In this document: positions 56,016-64,000 of the stretch, one piece after another
How positions within the stretch are numbered: the first letter of the stretch is position 1
Layout of the letters: each line of letters begins with the position of its first letter
From: Candidatus Undinarchaeales archaeon
Lineage (GTDB): Archaea > SpSt-1190 > JASMDC01
Assembly: GCA_030753015.1 (NCBI GenBank)
Contig: JASMDC010000003.1
Span: 90,780-154,779, forward strand
DNA length: 64,000 nt
Direction: 5' to 3'
Translations under genes and position numbers: made by a program
The notes under the pieces: generated by a model
Told to the model about the DNA's origin: nothing
The model's database searches: none
What the model saw: the letters and a program-made list of their open reading frames with translations, nothing else

Positions 56016-56744
56016 ATGGACGCTGATGAGTTGATTGAGGAGATCACCAACGAGGTCCTCAAGCGTTTCGATCCTACTTTTATCCGTATCGAGGACCGCC
56101 GCATTCTTGTTGTGCTCCACACACCTGATAGGCATGTACCTCTTGCCCTGACACGGCTCCTGGAGGATGTCGGTCCGCCGAGTGATCGGGATATCCTGGT
56201 TACGCCTGAAGTGCGTTCTTACCTGGCAGGACTCGGTATCAACTGTCGGGATCATGCTCGCGACGTCTTCGAACCTGATGCCGTCCCCGGAATCCTCCAT
56301 CGCCTCCATGAATATCGCATGGTGGTCGTCCCTGCTGTGAGCTTCCATACCGTGCGCGCCATCGCCGAGCTGCGGGACGAGGAGCCCTTCGTGCAACTTG
56401 TACTCCAAGCATTGCTACGGGGGTTGAAGGTAGTGATGCTCACCGATGCGCTCGTACCTGCCCAGCGTGAGGGCGCGTCCGTGGCCCCGGGTCTCACGGC
56501 CGCGGCCGAGGATAACTTAAAAAAGCTACTTGCCTACAACATCGTGCTCGTACGGCTCGATGAGATTGGGACGGCGGTAGCAGAGAAGAAAGTGCCTTCG
56601 TCCAAGGACCTCATCACTGAGCAAGACATCATTGACCTCAAGAACGGTGATGTGACCGGACTCAGGGTGCCCCCCAAGACGATCGTGACGCCGCTGGCGC
56701 GCGACAAGGCGAAGGAATTGGGCATCACAATCATCCGGGAATGA
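56016..56744 (+). CDS. BMC-associated flavoprotein-like protein with N-terminal encapsulation peptide
   Basis: N-terminal DELIEEITNEVLKR helix; C-terminal LITEQDI...TIVTPLARDKAKELGITI motif of metabolosome accessory proteins. Confidence 0.7.
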   Translation: MDADELIEEITNEVLKRFDPTFIRIEDRRILVVLHTPDRHVPLALTRLLEDVGPPSDRDILVTPEVRSYLAGLGINCRDHARDVFEPDAVPGILHRLHEYRMVVVPAVSFHTVRAIAELRDEEPFVQLVLQALLRGLKVVMLTDALVPAQREGASVAPGLTAAAEDNLKKLLAYNIVLVRLDEIGTAVAEKKVPSSKDLITEQDIIDLKNGDVTGLRVPPKTIVTPLARDKAKELGITIIRE

Positions 56745-56781
56745 TGCTCGGGATCCCGTGCGGGGAGAGGGGTAAGCGTCC

Positions 56782-57096
56782 ATGGACGTATGCAAGATAA
56801 TAGGCGACATCGTCAGCACACAAAAGGACCCTAAAGCAGAGGGTTTCAAGCTCCTTGTGGTCCAACAGTTGGACATGTTGACTCAACAACCCAAAGGATA
56901 TACCCTCGTGGCAGCGGATACGGTCGGTGCCGGGATGGGCGAGGTCGTGCTTGTAGTGCGAGGGAGCTCTTCGCGCATGACACAGCTCACAAACGAGAAG
57001 CCCATCGACGCCGCCATCATGGGGATCATCGACTACATACATATCGACGGGGAGCGGGTGTACTCAAAGTACCCCGACCGCGACCTGGAGACCTAA
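56782..57096 (+). CDS. BMC vertex pentamer (BMC-P, EutN/CcmL)
   Basis: IIGDIVSTQKD...KLLVV...VAADTVGAGMGEVVLVVRGSSSR...PIDAAIMGIID. Confidence 0.96.
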   Translation: MDVCKIIGDIVSTQKDPKAEGFKLLVVQQLDMLTQQPKGYTLVAADTVGAGMGEVVLVVRGSSSRMTQLTNEKPIDAAIMGIIDYIHIDGERVYSKYPDRDLET

Positions 57097-57107
57097 GGGG
57101 ATAGATC

Positions 57108-58538
57108 ATGGAAGTCACCGAGGACCAGATATCAAACATCGTCGAGGTAGTGCTCAAGAACGTGCAGAACCAGCTGGGCGACATGCCTGCGGCACGCGCG
57201 GGATCCTCTCCCAAAGGCGAGGACGGAATCTTTGCTACCATCGAGGAAGCCGTCACGCACTCACTCGCGGCGCAGGAACAGTTCGTGGAAATGGAACTGT
57301 CCAAACGCGTCGATATCATCCGAGCCATCCGTGATGCTATGGAGGAAAGTGCCCGGACCTTGGCCGAGATGGCAGTTCGCGAAGTCGCGTTCGGTCGAAT
57401 CGAGGACAAGATCAAGAAGAACCTGCTCGCGGCCAGGAAGGCCCCGGGCATCGAGGCACTACCGACCACCGCTTGGAGCGGTGACGACGGCCTCACTCTC
57501 GTGGAACGAGGTCCCTATGGTGTCATCGGTTCCATCACACCTACCACCAATCCCGTGGCCACCATCACGTCCAATGCCATATCAATGCTCGCGGGAGGCA
57601 ACAGCGTCGTGTTCAATCCTCATCCAAGGTCCAAGGGCGTCACCAACCGTGCGATCCAGATCATAAACCAGGCAATCGTAGCAGCAGGGGGCCCGCCGAA
57701 CCTTCTCTGTTCCGTCATCGAGCCGACCATCGAGACATCGAACGAGCTGATGAACCATCCAATGATCCGGATGCTGATGGTCACCGGAGGCCCCGGCGTG
57801 GTGGCCGTGGCCATGAAGACCGGTAAGAAGGTCGTGGCCGCAGGTCCGGGTAATCCACCAGTCATCGTGGACGATACCGCAAACATCCCCCGGGCCGCCA
57901 AGGACATCGTGGACGGGGCCAGCTTCGATAACAATGTGCTGTGCATCGCTGAGAAGGAGGTGTACTGTTTCGAGGACGTCACCGACCAGCTCAAGGAGGA
58001 GATGAAGAAGTACGGCGCCTATGAGATCAGCGGCAAGCAGATTGAGGACCTCATCTCCCTCGTGTTCGTGGACCCTGCTGGGGAACATCCCAAGATCAAC
58101 ACAAAATGGGTGGGTATCGACGCCTGGCGAATCCTCAGGGAGATCGATATACGCGTCAACGAGGACGTCCGGCTCATTATCGCCGAGGTTCCCGATGAAC
58201 ATTCCTTCGTCAATGCCGAGATGCTCATGCCCGTTCTACCGATCGTACGGGTGAATACCATCGAGGAAGCGCTGGAAAGGGCAAAGCGCGCCGAGCACGG
58301 TTTCCGCCACACGGCCTGCATGCACTCAGAGAGCGTCTCCAATATGAGCTACGTAGCACGCTACATTGACACCACAATCTTCGTCAAGAACGCCCCCTCC
58401 TATGCCGGGCTCGGCTTCGGTGGCGAGGGGCACGCCTCCCTGAGCATCGCTGGACCGACGGGGGAGGGCATCACAGGGCCTTTTGCCTTCACCCGCGAAC
58501 GACGGTGCGTGCTCGCGGGATCCTTCCGCATCGTGTGA
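57108..58538 (+). CDS. CoA-acylating aldehyde dehydrogenase (EutE/PduP-like) with encapsulation peptide
   Basis: SGDDGLTL, PTTNP, NPHP, TGGPGVV, AGPGNPP, SFDNNVLCIAEKE (catalytic Cys), EMLMP, EHGFRHTA, GPTGEG. Confidence 0.95.
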   Translation: MEVTEDQISNIVEVVLKNVQNQLGDMPAARAGSSPKGEDGIFATIEEAVTHSLAAQEQFVEMELSKRVDIIRAIRDAMEESARTLAEMAVREVAFGRIEDKIKKNLLAARKAPGIEALPTTAWSGDDGLTLVERGPYGVIGSITPTTNPVATITSNAISMLAGGNSVVFNPHPRSKGVTNRAIQIINQAIVAAGGPPNLLCSVIEPTIETSNELMNHPMIRMLMVTGGPGVVAVAMKTGKKVVAAGPGNPPVIVDDTANIPRAAKDIVDGASFDNNVLCIAEKEVYCFEDVTDQLKEEMKKYGAYEISGKQIEDLISLVFVDPAGEHPKINTKWVGIDAWRILREIDIRVNEDVRLIIAEVPDEHSFVNAEMLMPVLPIVRVNTIEEALERAKRAEHGFRHTACMHSESVSNMSYVARYIDTTIFVKNAPSYAGLGFGGEGHASLSIAGPTGEGITGPFAFTRERRCVLAGSFRIV

Positions 58539-58549
58539 GTGAGTGAACC

Positions 58550-59884
58550 ATGGCCAAGAAACCCATCGACGCTATCAGGGACGCAGGTATCGTAGGGGCC
58601 GGCGGAGCCGGTTTCCCTACCCATGTCAAGCTGTCGGCAAAGGTCGATACAGTAATCGTCAACGGCGCTGAGTGCGAACCCCTGCTCAAGGTGGACCAGC
58701 AGCTCACCGCCCTCCGAGCCGAGGAGGTGGTAGCGGGCCTGGAGATAGCTCTGGAGCTCACTGGTGCCGAGCGAGGCATCATCGCTCTCAAAGCGAAGTA
58801 CAAGGCCGCCATCGAAGCGCTCACTCCCCTTATCGAGGGGAAGGACAACATCAGTATCGAGCTGCTGGGAAACTTCTACCCGGCGGGGGACGAGCAAGTG
58901 CTCGTGTACGAGATTCTGGGGCGCATCGTACCAGAGGGCGGTATCCCCTTGGAAGTGGGCGTCGTGGTCCAGAACGTGGGCACACTGATCAACATTGCCA
59001 AGGCCGTGAAGGACGACGCCCCCGTCACCTCCAGAGCGTTGACCGTCGCTGGCGCTGTGGCGGAACCCATGACGGTAGAGGTCCCTATTGGGACGTCCCT
59101 TCGCGAGCTCGTGGCCATAGCCGGGGGGCCCACTGACGAACCGTATGGCGTCATAGTGGGAGGCCCCATGATGGGGAAGGTCGAGACCGACCTTGACACG
59201 CCTATTGACAAGACGACCTCGGGGATCGTCGTCCTCCCGTCGGACCACCCGCTCATACTCAAGAAACAGGACGATATGTCCCGCAAGCTCAAGCTCGCCC
59301 GGGCCGCATGCATACGATGCAGTCTCTGCACACAGACCTGCCCGCGCAGCCTGTTGGGCCACCATCTATGGCCGGACCGGCTCATGCGTGCAATGGCCTA
59401 TAATGTCACGTGCGATCCTTCCGACCTTACAAACGCATTCCTGTGTGTCGAATGTGGTGTCTGCACGACCTACGCTTGCCCCATGGGGCTGGACCCGTGC
59501 GCCATGAACCGGGAGATCAAGGCACGTCTGGCCAAGGAGGGATTGGACAATCCCCACCGGGCCAAGGAACTGACCCCGAACCAGTACCGCTCGACCCGCA
59601 AGATCCCGACCTACCGGCTCGTCGGCCGGCTTGGCCTGCTGGAGTACGATCGCGAGGCGCCTGTGCGAGCGGTCGACCACATTGTCCGCAAGGTGCGTAT
59701 CCCGCTCAAGCAGCACATCGGCGCACCCGCCAAGACCACGGTGATCGTTGGCGATACCGTGAAGGAAGGGGATGTCATCGCCGAGATTCCTGATGGCTCT
59801 CTGGGAGCCCGAGTTCACGCGTCCATCGCCGGGCGCGTTACCAAGATACTCGACCACATAGAGATAACCGCGGAGGAGAAGTGA
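58550..59884 (+). CDS. pduS: PduS/RnfC-like flavin Fe-S oxidoreductase
   Basis: GIVGAGGAGFPTHVK, NGAECEPLL, YPAGDE, GGPMMG, CIRCSLCTQTCP, CVECGVC...CP, LKQHIGAP, VHASIAG. Confidence 0.9.
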   Translation: MAKKPIDAIRDAGIVGAGGAGFPTHVKLSAKVDTVIVNGAECEPLLKVDQQLTALRAEEVVAGLEIALELTGAERGIIALKAKYKAAIEALTPLIEGKDNISIELLGNFYPAGDEQVLVYEILGRIVPEGGIPLEVGVVVQNVGTLINIAKAVKDDAPVTSRALTVAGAVAEPMTVEVPIGTSLRELVAIAGGPTDEPYGVIVGGPMMGKVETDLDTPIDKTTSGIVVLPSDHPLILKKQDDMSRKLKLARAACIRCSLCTQTCPRSLLGHHLWPDRLMRAMAYNVTCDPSDLTNAFLCVECGVCTTYACPMGLDPCAMNREIKARLAKEGLDNPHRAKELTPNQYRSTRKIPTYRLVGRLGLLEYDREAPVRAVDHIVRKVRIPLKQHIGAPAKTTVIVGDTVKEGDVIAEIPDGSLGARVHASIAGRVTKILDHIEITAEEK

Positions 59885-59888
59885 TCAT

Positions 59889-60437
59889 ATGGTCCATGCT
59901 ATCGGTCTTGTAGAAACCAACAACGTCGCCAAGGGCATCGAGTGCTGTGACGTGATGCTCAAGCGTTCGGATGTGGAGGCCATCGCCTCCTATCCCGTCT
60001 GTCCGGGGAAGTATATAATCCTCATCGCTGGCGAGGTGGCAGCAGTGAGTTCGTCAGTGGACGCGGGCAAGCTTCAGGCCCTGGATTCCCTGGTGGATGA
60101 CTTCGTCATCCCGAACATACACCCCCAGGTGTTCCCTGCCATTCAGGCCACCACCGAGGTCGACGATCTCCAAGCATTGGGTGTCATCGAGACATTCTCG
60201 CTCTCATCCTGCATCGTGGCTGCCGACTTCGCCGTGAAGGCCGCGGACGTCACGCTCATCGAGATCCGTCTCGGGCGTGCCCTCGGAGGCAAGTCCTTCG
60301 TCACCCTGACTGGGGATACGGCCGCCGTTCGTTCGGCGGTCCAGGCCGGTGTGGAGTCCGTACGCGAGGATGGGCTCCTCCTCGACTACGTGGTCATCCC
60401 ATCACCCCATCCCAAACTTCTTGAGTCCATCGTGTAA
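59889..60437 (+). CDS. pduT: BMC shell trimer BMC-Ts (PduT-like)
   Basis: Two BMC domains; VCPGKY retains the Cys equivalent to the PduT Fe-S ligand; follows pduS. Confidence 0.9.
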   Translation: MVHAIGLVETNNVAKGIECCDVMLKRSDVEAIASYPVCPGKYIILIAGEVAAVSSSVDAGKLQALDSLVDDFVIPNIHPQVFPAIQATTEVDDLQALGVIETFSLSSCIVAADFAVKAADVTLIEIRLGRALGGKSFVTLTGDTAAVRSAVQAGVESVREDGLLLDYVVIPSPHPKLLESIV

Positions 60438-60465
60438 TTCGGACAACTGAGGTGACACCGCGCTC

Positions 60466-60771
60466 ATGGAGACACCGACAGGCTGGGGGGATGCCCTTGG
60501 AATGGTGGAGACGCGGGGTCTCGTTGGTGCCATTGAGGCTGCCGACGCCATGGTCAAGGCAGCACGGGTCTCTCTAGCGGGGCTCGAGCGTATTAGTGGT
60601 GGACTGGTGACGGTGATGGTGCGGGGTGACGTCGGGGCCGTGAAGGCTGCGGTCGACGCTGGAGCCGCTGCTGCCCAGAGGGTTGGTGAGCTCGTTGCAG
60701 TCCACGTGATCCCCCGTCCCGACGAACTGGTCGAGGGCGTTATTCCACATGGCCCGGGGGGGCGAGGGTAG
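60466..60771 (+). CDS. BMC shell hexamer (BMC-H), second copy
   Basis: ALGMVETRG...[10 protein letters not shown]...[13 protein letters not shown]...HVIPRP. Confidence 0.96.
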   Translation: METPTGWGDALGMVETRGLVGAIEAADAMVKAARVSLAGLERISGGLVTVMVRGDVGAVKAAVDAGAAAAQRVGELVAVHVIPRPDELVEGVIPHGPGGRG

Positions 60772-61062
60772 ATGCTCCTTGCCCGGGTCGTGGGCAACAT
60801 CTGGGCTACTCAGAAGATACCTGTGCATGCGGACCAGAAGATCATGGTATGCGTCCCCGTCGACCTGAAGGGGAAATCCGAGGGCGACACATTCCTGGCC
60901 ATCGACCGTGCTCAGGCGGGGATTGGGGATGTCGTGCTGATATCCCAAGAGGGTAAGTGCTGTAACATGCTCATCGGCCGCGAATGGGCGGCCTGCAACT
61001 CAGCTATCCTCGGGATAGTGGACTTAATCGAGACAGAGGAAGGATCAACACAGTTTGCGTGA
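60772..61062 (+). CDS. BMC vertex pentamer (BMC-P), second copy
   Basis: MLLARVVGNIWATQK...AIDRAQAGIGDVVLI..EG...AILGIVD. Confidence 0.93.
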   Translation: MLLARVVGNIWATQKIPVHADQKIMVCVPVDLKGKSEGDTFLAIDRAQAGIGDVVLISQEGKCCNMLIGREWAACNSAILGIVDLIETEEGSTQFA

Positions 61063-61064
61063 TT

Positions 61065-61994
61065 ATGATGGACGACGAAGAACTAGCCAAAGTGGTGAGA
61101 GATGTTGTACTCTCGAAACTCCAGGAGAAACAGGCCCAAGACGCACTTTCGGCGTCCCCGGAAGATACGTCCCCTGAAGGGACCATCCCGCGTCATACCT
61201 ATGCAGAAGCTGGTAATCCCCCCCTCATCGTGGCGGCAAATTGGAAGATGCACATGGACAAGCGATCTACAACTGAGTTCGCCCAGGCGTTCGATCCGCC
61301 TGCACGGGACGACCTCGGTGTTGTAATATGCCCGCCCTATTACCTACTATCCCTGCTCAAAGATGCCTTGGGTGACAAGCCCGTGGCAGTAGGTGCCCAG
61401 AACATGCACCCTGAGCCAAAGGGGCCCTTCACGGGCGAGCTATCCCCTCTCATGCTCGCTGATGCGGGCTGCTCGCATGTAATCCTCGGCCACTCCGAGC
61501 GCCGGAAAAACTTCGGTGAGACCTCTGAAAAGATCAATCCGAAGGTGGCCGCCGCCCTCGGTGCGGGACTTGCTCCAATCCTATGTGTGGGGGAGACGCT
61601 AGATCAAAGGGAAGATGGTGCGACCATGCGTGTGGTCACCAACCAACTCACCCTCAGCCTCAACCGTATATCCATCAACGAGGTGCGTCCCCTTATCATT
61701 GCTTACGAGCCGATGTGGGCCATCGGCACCGGACGGAACGCCACTCCTGAGCAGGCGCAAGAGGTCCATGCGCACATCAGAGAGGTGCTCAAGCAGCTTT
61801 ATTCCTACAACGTTGCCCGGGACACACGCATCCTCTACGGTGGTTCGGTGAAGCCGGACAATGCTGGCGACCTGGCAATCCAGCCCGACGTGGACGGATT
61901 CCTTGTGGGCGGGGCCAGCCTCAAGCCAGACTCCTTCACCGAAATCATCCGCAACGCCCTGCGTGCGTTGGAGAAAGACGGCTCACAGGGGTGA
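61065..61994 (+). CDS. tpiA: Triosephosphate isomerase, bacterial type, with N-terminal encapsulation peptide and linker
   Basis: AANWKM, GAQN, FTGE, ILGHSERR, IAYEPMWAIGTG, LYGGSV, LVGGASL; about 50-aa N-extension beginning DEELAKVVRDVVLSKL. Confidence 0.93.
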   Translation: MMDDEELAKVVRDVVLSKLQEKQAQDALSASPEDTSPEGTIPRHTYAEAGNPPLIVAANWKMHMDKRSTTEFAQAFDPPARDDLGVVICPPYYLLSLLKDALGDKPVAVGAQNMHPEPKGPFTGELSPLMLADAGCSHVILGHSERRKNFGETSEKINPKVAAALGAGLAPILCVGETLDQREDGATMRVVTNQLTLSLNRISINEVRPLIIAYEPMWAIGTGRNATPEQAQEVHAHIREVLKQLYSYNVARDTRILYGGSVKPDNAGDLAIQPDVDGFLVGGASLKPDSFTEIIRNALRALEKDGSQG

Positions 61995-62000
61995 TGCCAG

Positions 62001-62483
62001 ATGGACTTCACGAAGGACACTCGCGTAGCGATCGGCAGCGACCACGGTGGCTTCGAGCTCAAGGAGATCGTGAAGGACCACCTCCTGCGATTGGGTTATT
62101 GTGTAGTGGACCTCGGATGCCATTCTCCGGACCCGGTGGACTATCCCGACATAGCCTTCCTTGTCGCCAGTGCCATAGCGACCAACGACGACACGGCCGG
62201 TATTATGGTGGACGGTGTCGGTGTTGCTTCTGCCATGGTGGGCAACAAGGTGCCCGGCGTGCGGGCCGCGCCGGTGTACGACGTGTTCTCGGCCAGGTCC
62301 AGTCGTGAGCACAACGATGCTAACATGCTCACTCTTGGTGCTAGGGTCACAGGGCCTGGTTTGGCGTGCCTCGTCGCCGAGGAATGGCTTGTGACGCCCT
62401 TCGGTGGGGGACGACACGAACGGCGGGTGAACAAGATCCGGGACATCGAGGCCCGCTTCATCCGGAGGGTACCTCTGAAATAG
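62001..62483 (+). CDS. rpiB: RpiB/LacAB sugar-phosphate isomerase
   Basis: IGSDHGG, VDYPD, NKVPGVRAA, SREHNDANMLTLG, GGRHERRV. Confidence 0.92.
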   Translation: MDFTKDTRVAIGSDHGGFELKEIVKDHLLRLGYCVVDLGCHSPDPVDYPDIAFLVASAIATNDDTAGIMVDGVGVASAMVGNKVPGVRAAPVYDVFSARSSREHNDANMLTLGARVTGPGLACLVAEEWLVTPFGGGRHERRVNKIRDIEARFIRRVPLK

Positions 62484-62730
62484 TCCTACTAAATACAAAG
62501 AATTCGCCCTCATTTCTGAAATAACGTGTTTTATCTCCTCAAAGAACGTTCATTCCGTCATTTTTCATCTTTGGAAAGATCCAGGGCGGTAAAATTACGT
62601 ATCTCGCTGCCTACGGGAATAATTCTGCGCAGCCTATTTATCCCGGGTCTACTATCGTATCCATTAACGGGCGTGCAGACCCCCGCCATATCAGTCGTGG
62701 TGGGACGCTCAATGCACGCGTGTAGGAGGT

Positions 62731-63531
62731 ATGAACATGGGACGGATTTCAAATAGGCGGCGTATCCCGAGTATCGCGTTCGTGCGGTCACGACGTGGAG
62801 TGACCCCTGTCATTGCCATTATCCTGCTTCTGATGATGACAGTGGCCGCGGCGGGATCCGCTTATCTGTGGATCACGAAGATATCGAAGACGATCAGAGC
62901 TTCGGCAGAGAAGAACATAATGAATAGCTTTCGGACGGGCAAGATTGAGGTGATCTCGTCTTATGGATGTGAGGAGAACTGTACGAAGGACACCCGGGCA
63001 TCTGGTGGGCCGAGAGGTGAATGTTCGGAGGAGCCGGGCACCATCCAGATGCTTAATGCTGACCGCTCTGGATTCTATGAAGACGGTGAAATCGGTTCTG
63101 AAGGGAAGACCCGTGGTCCCGCAGTTGACGTGGCTGCTCAAGTGGAGCGTCACGTGTGCCTGTTGATGCGTAATACTGGTGGGACCGTTCTCCGCATCAC
63201 CGATCTGGGAACATCGCAGTTTACCTACGAGCTCCCCAATGCCCCAGAAAAGGGAGTGCGACCGCTCCTAAGCAGGGATGTGGCCGCTCTGTTCAGCATC
63301 GACGACCAGAAGGTCGCATGTCGGATTTCGGACATGGGTACCCTGGGTTCGTGCGGGCCCAATAAGAAGTCACTCAATGCGGGGGAGACCTTCGTCCTGA
63401 ACTTCTATGGGACCTTCAAGGATGCCCAAGACCGGCGACGACGTTTCACTTACACCGATGCCAAGGACCAGCGTATCATCATTGGTCTAACCCTCCCAAG
63501 CGGGTCAAGGAATTCCCATCAAGTGGTGTAG
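62731..63531 (+). CDS. Archaeal type IV pilin/archaellin-like protein
   Basis: Class III signal peptide SRRG/VTPVIAIILLLMMTVAAAGSAYLW. Confidence 0.88.
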   Translation: MNMGRISNRRRIPSIAFVRSRRGVTPVIAIILLLMMTVAAAGSAYLWITKISKTIRASAEKNIMNSFRTGKIEVISSYGCEENCTKDTRASGGPRGECSEEPGTIQMLNADRSGFYEDGEIGSEGKTRGPAVDVAAQVERHVCLLMRNTGGTVLRITDLGTSQFTYELPNAPEKGVRPLLSRDVAALFSIDDQKVACRISDMGTLGSCGPNKKSLNAGETFVLNFYGTFKDAQDRRRRFTYTDAKDQRIIIGLTLPSGSRNSHQVV

Positions 63532-63534
63532 GTC

Positions 63535-63559
63535 GGGGGCCAGGTATTCCCTGGCCCCC
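63535..63559 (+). terminator. Stem-loop after pilin gene
   Basis: GGGGGCCAGG-TATTC-CCTGGCCCCC, perfect 10-bp stem. Confidence 0.55.
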
Positions 63560-63830
63560 ATAAGTCTTTACCTGAAAGATGGAATAATATTCTATTATAA
63601 TTGAATTAAATTACTAATTTATCAATTTAAGAAGAATTATTCGTTGATACACGGATAAACGGGATATTATTAAGATTGGAAAGATTATACGGAAGAATAA
63701 TGGTTATTGAGGCGAAATGCAAATAATCCGATGAGGGAAATGACCGCACGTGCAAAGGTTCAGGATAACGCCTTTAAACAATGAGCGCCCAAAGGCTAGT
63801 GGACGAACCCAGAACACGGAGATGTATACT

Positions 63831-64000
63831 ATGAGAATCCGAATGAAGCGACTCATGCGGTCCAAGCGCGGTGTGACACCTGTCATTGCCATCATCCTGT
63901 TGCTCATGATGACGGTAGCAGCGGCAGGTGCGGCCTATCTCTGGATCACGAAGATCCAGAAGACGATTACCACACAGGCAGAGAAGCAGATCATGACCAG
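63831..64000 (+). CDS. Second archaeal pilin-like protein, truncated by window end
   Basis: Manual translation MRIRMKRLMRSKRG/VTPVIAIILLLMMTVAAAGAAYLWITKIQK; GGAG SD upstream. Confidence 0.88.
   Translation, partial: MRIRMKRLMRSKRGVTPVIAIILLLMMTVAAAGAAYLWITKIQKTITTQAEKQIMT

Noticed and set aside
60984-61064. Longer TpiA start from the ORF track
   Set aside because: Overlaps the BMC-P gene; ATG 61065/61068 follows its stop and begins the encapsulation helix.
54870-62483. Carboxysome, Pdu or Eut assignment for the BMC
   Set aside because: No RuBisCO, carbonic anhydrase, diol dehydratase, ethanolamine ammonia-lyase or glycyl-radical enzyme in the locus.
1-64000. CRISPR array, rRNA or IS element
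   Set aside because: No regularly spaced direct repeats, rRNA-like segments or transposase motifs noticed; nearly all sequence is accounted for by CDS.

Overview
GC-rich, densely coding window from an archaeon. Archaeal markers: ribosomal protein L35Ae, class I LysRS, PAC2 proteasome chaperone, UPF0148, archaeal-style MoaA, TATA-box promoters, CCA-less tRNA-Ala/tRNA-Val and class III-signal pilins. A DPANN-related lineage is a guess. The standout is an 11-gene bacterial microcompartment (BMC) locus at 54870-62483, between archaeal genes and behind a TATA box. It encodes 2 BMC-H, 2 BMC-T, 2 BMC-P, an acylating aldehyde dehydrogenase, PduS-like and flavoprotein-like proteins, a triosephosphate isomerase with an encapsulation peptide, and RpiB. 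It resembles sugar-phosphate-utilisation (SPU) BMCs but has no DeoC in the locus. Other notable items: a 4130-aa cysteine-rich surface protein operon with a frameshifted smaller paralog; a circularly permuted cofactor-independent phosphoglycerate mutase opposite a degenerate PEP-synthase-like gene; exonuclease VII with a clamp-motif-like N-terminus; tandem M18 aminopeptidases, one apparently CTG-initiated; and several bacterial-type enzymes (MetK, TpiA, XseAB). All calls come from reading motifs by eye; no database searches were run.
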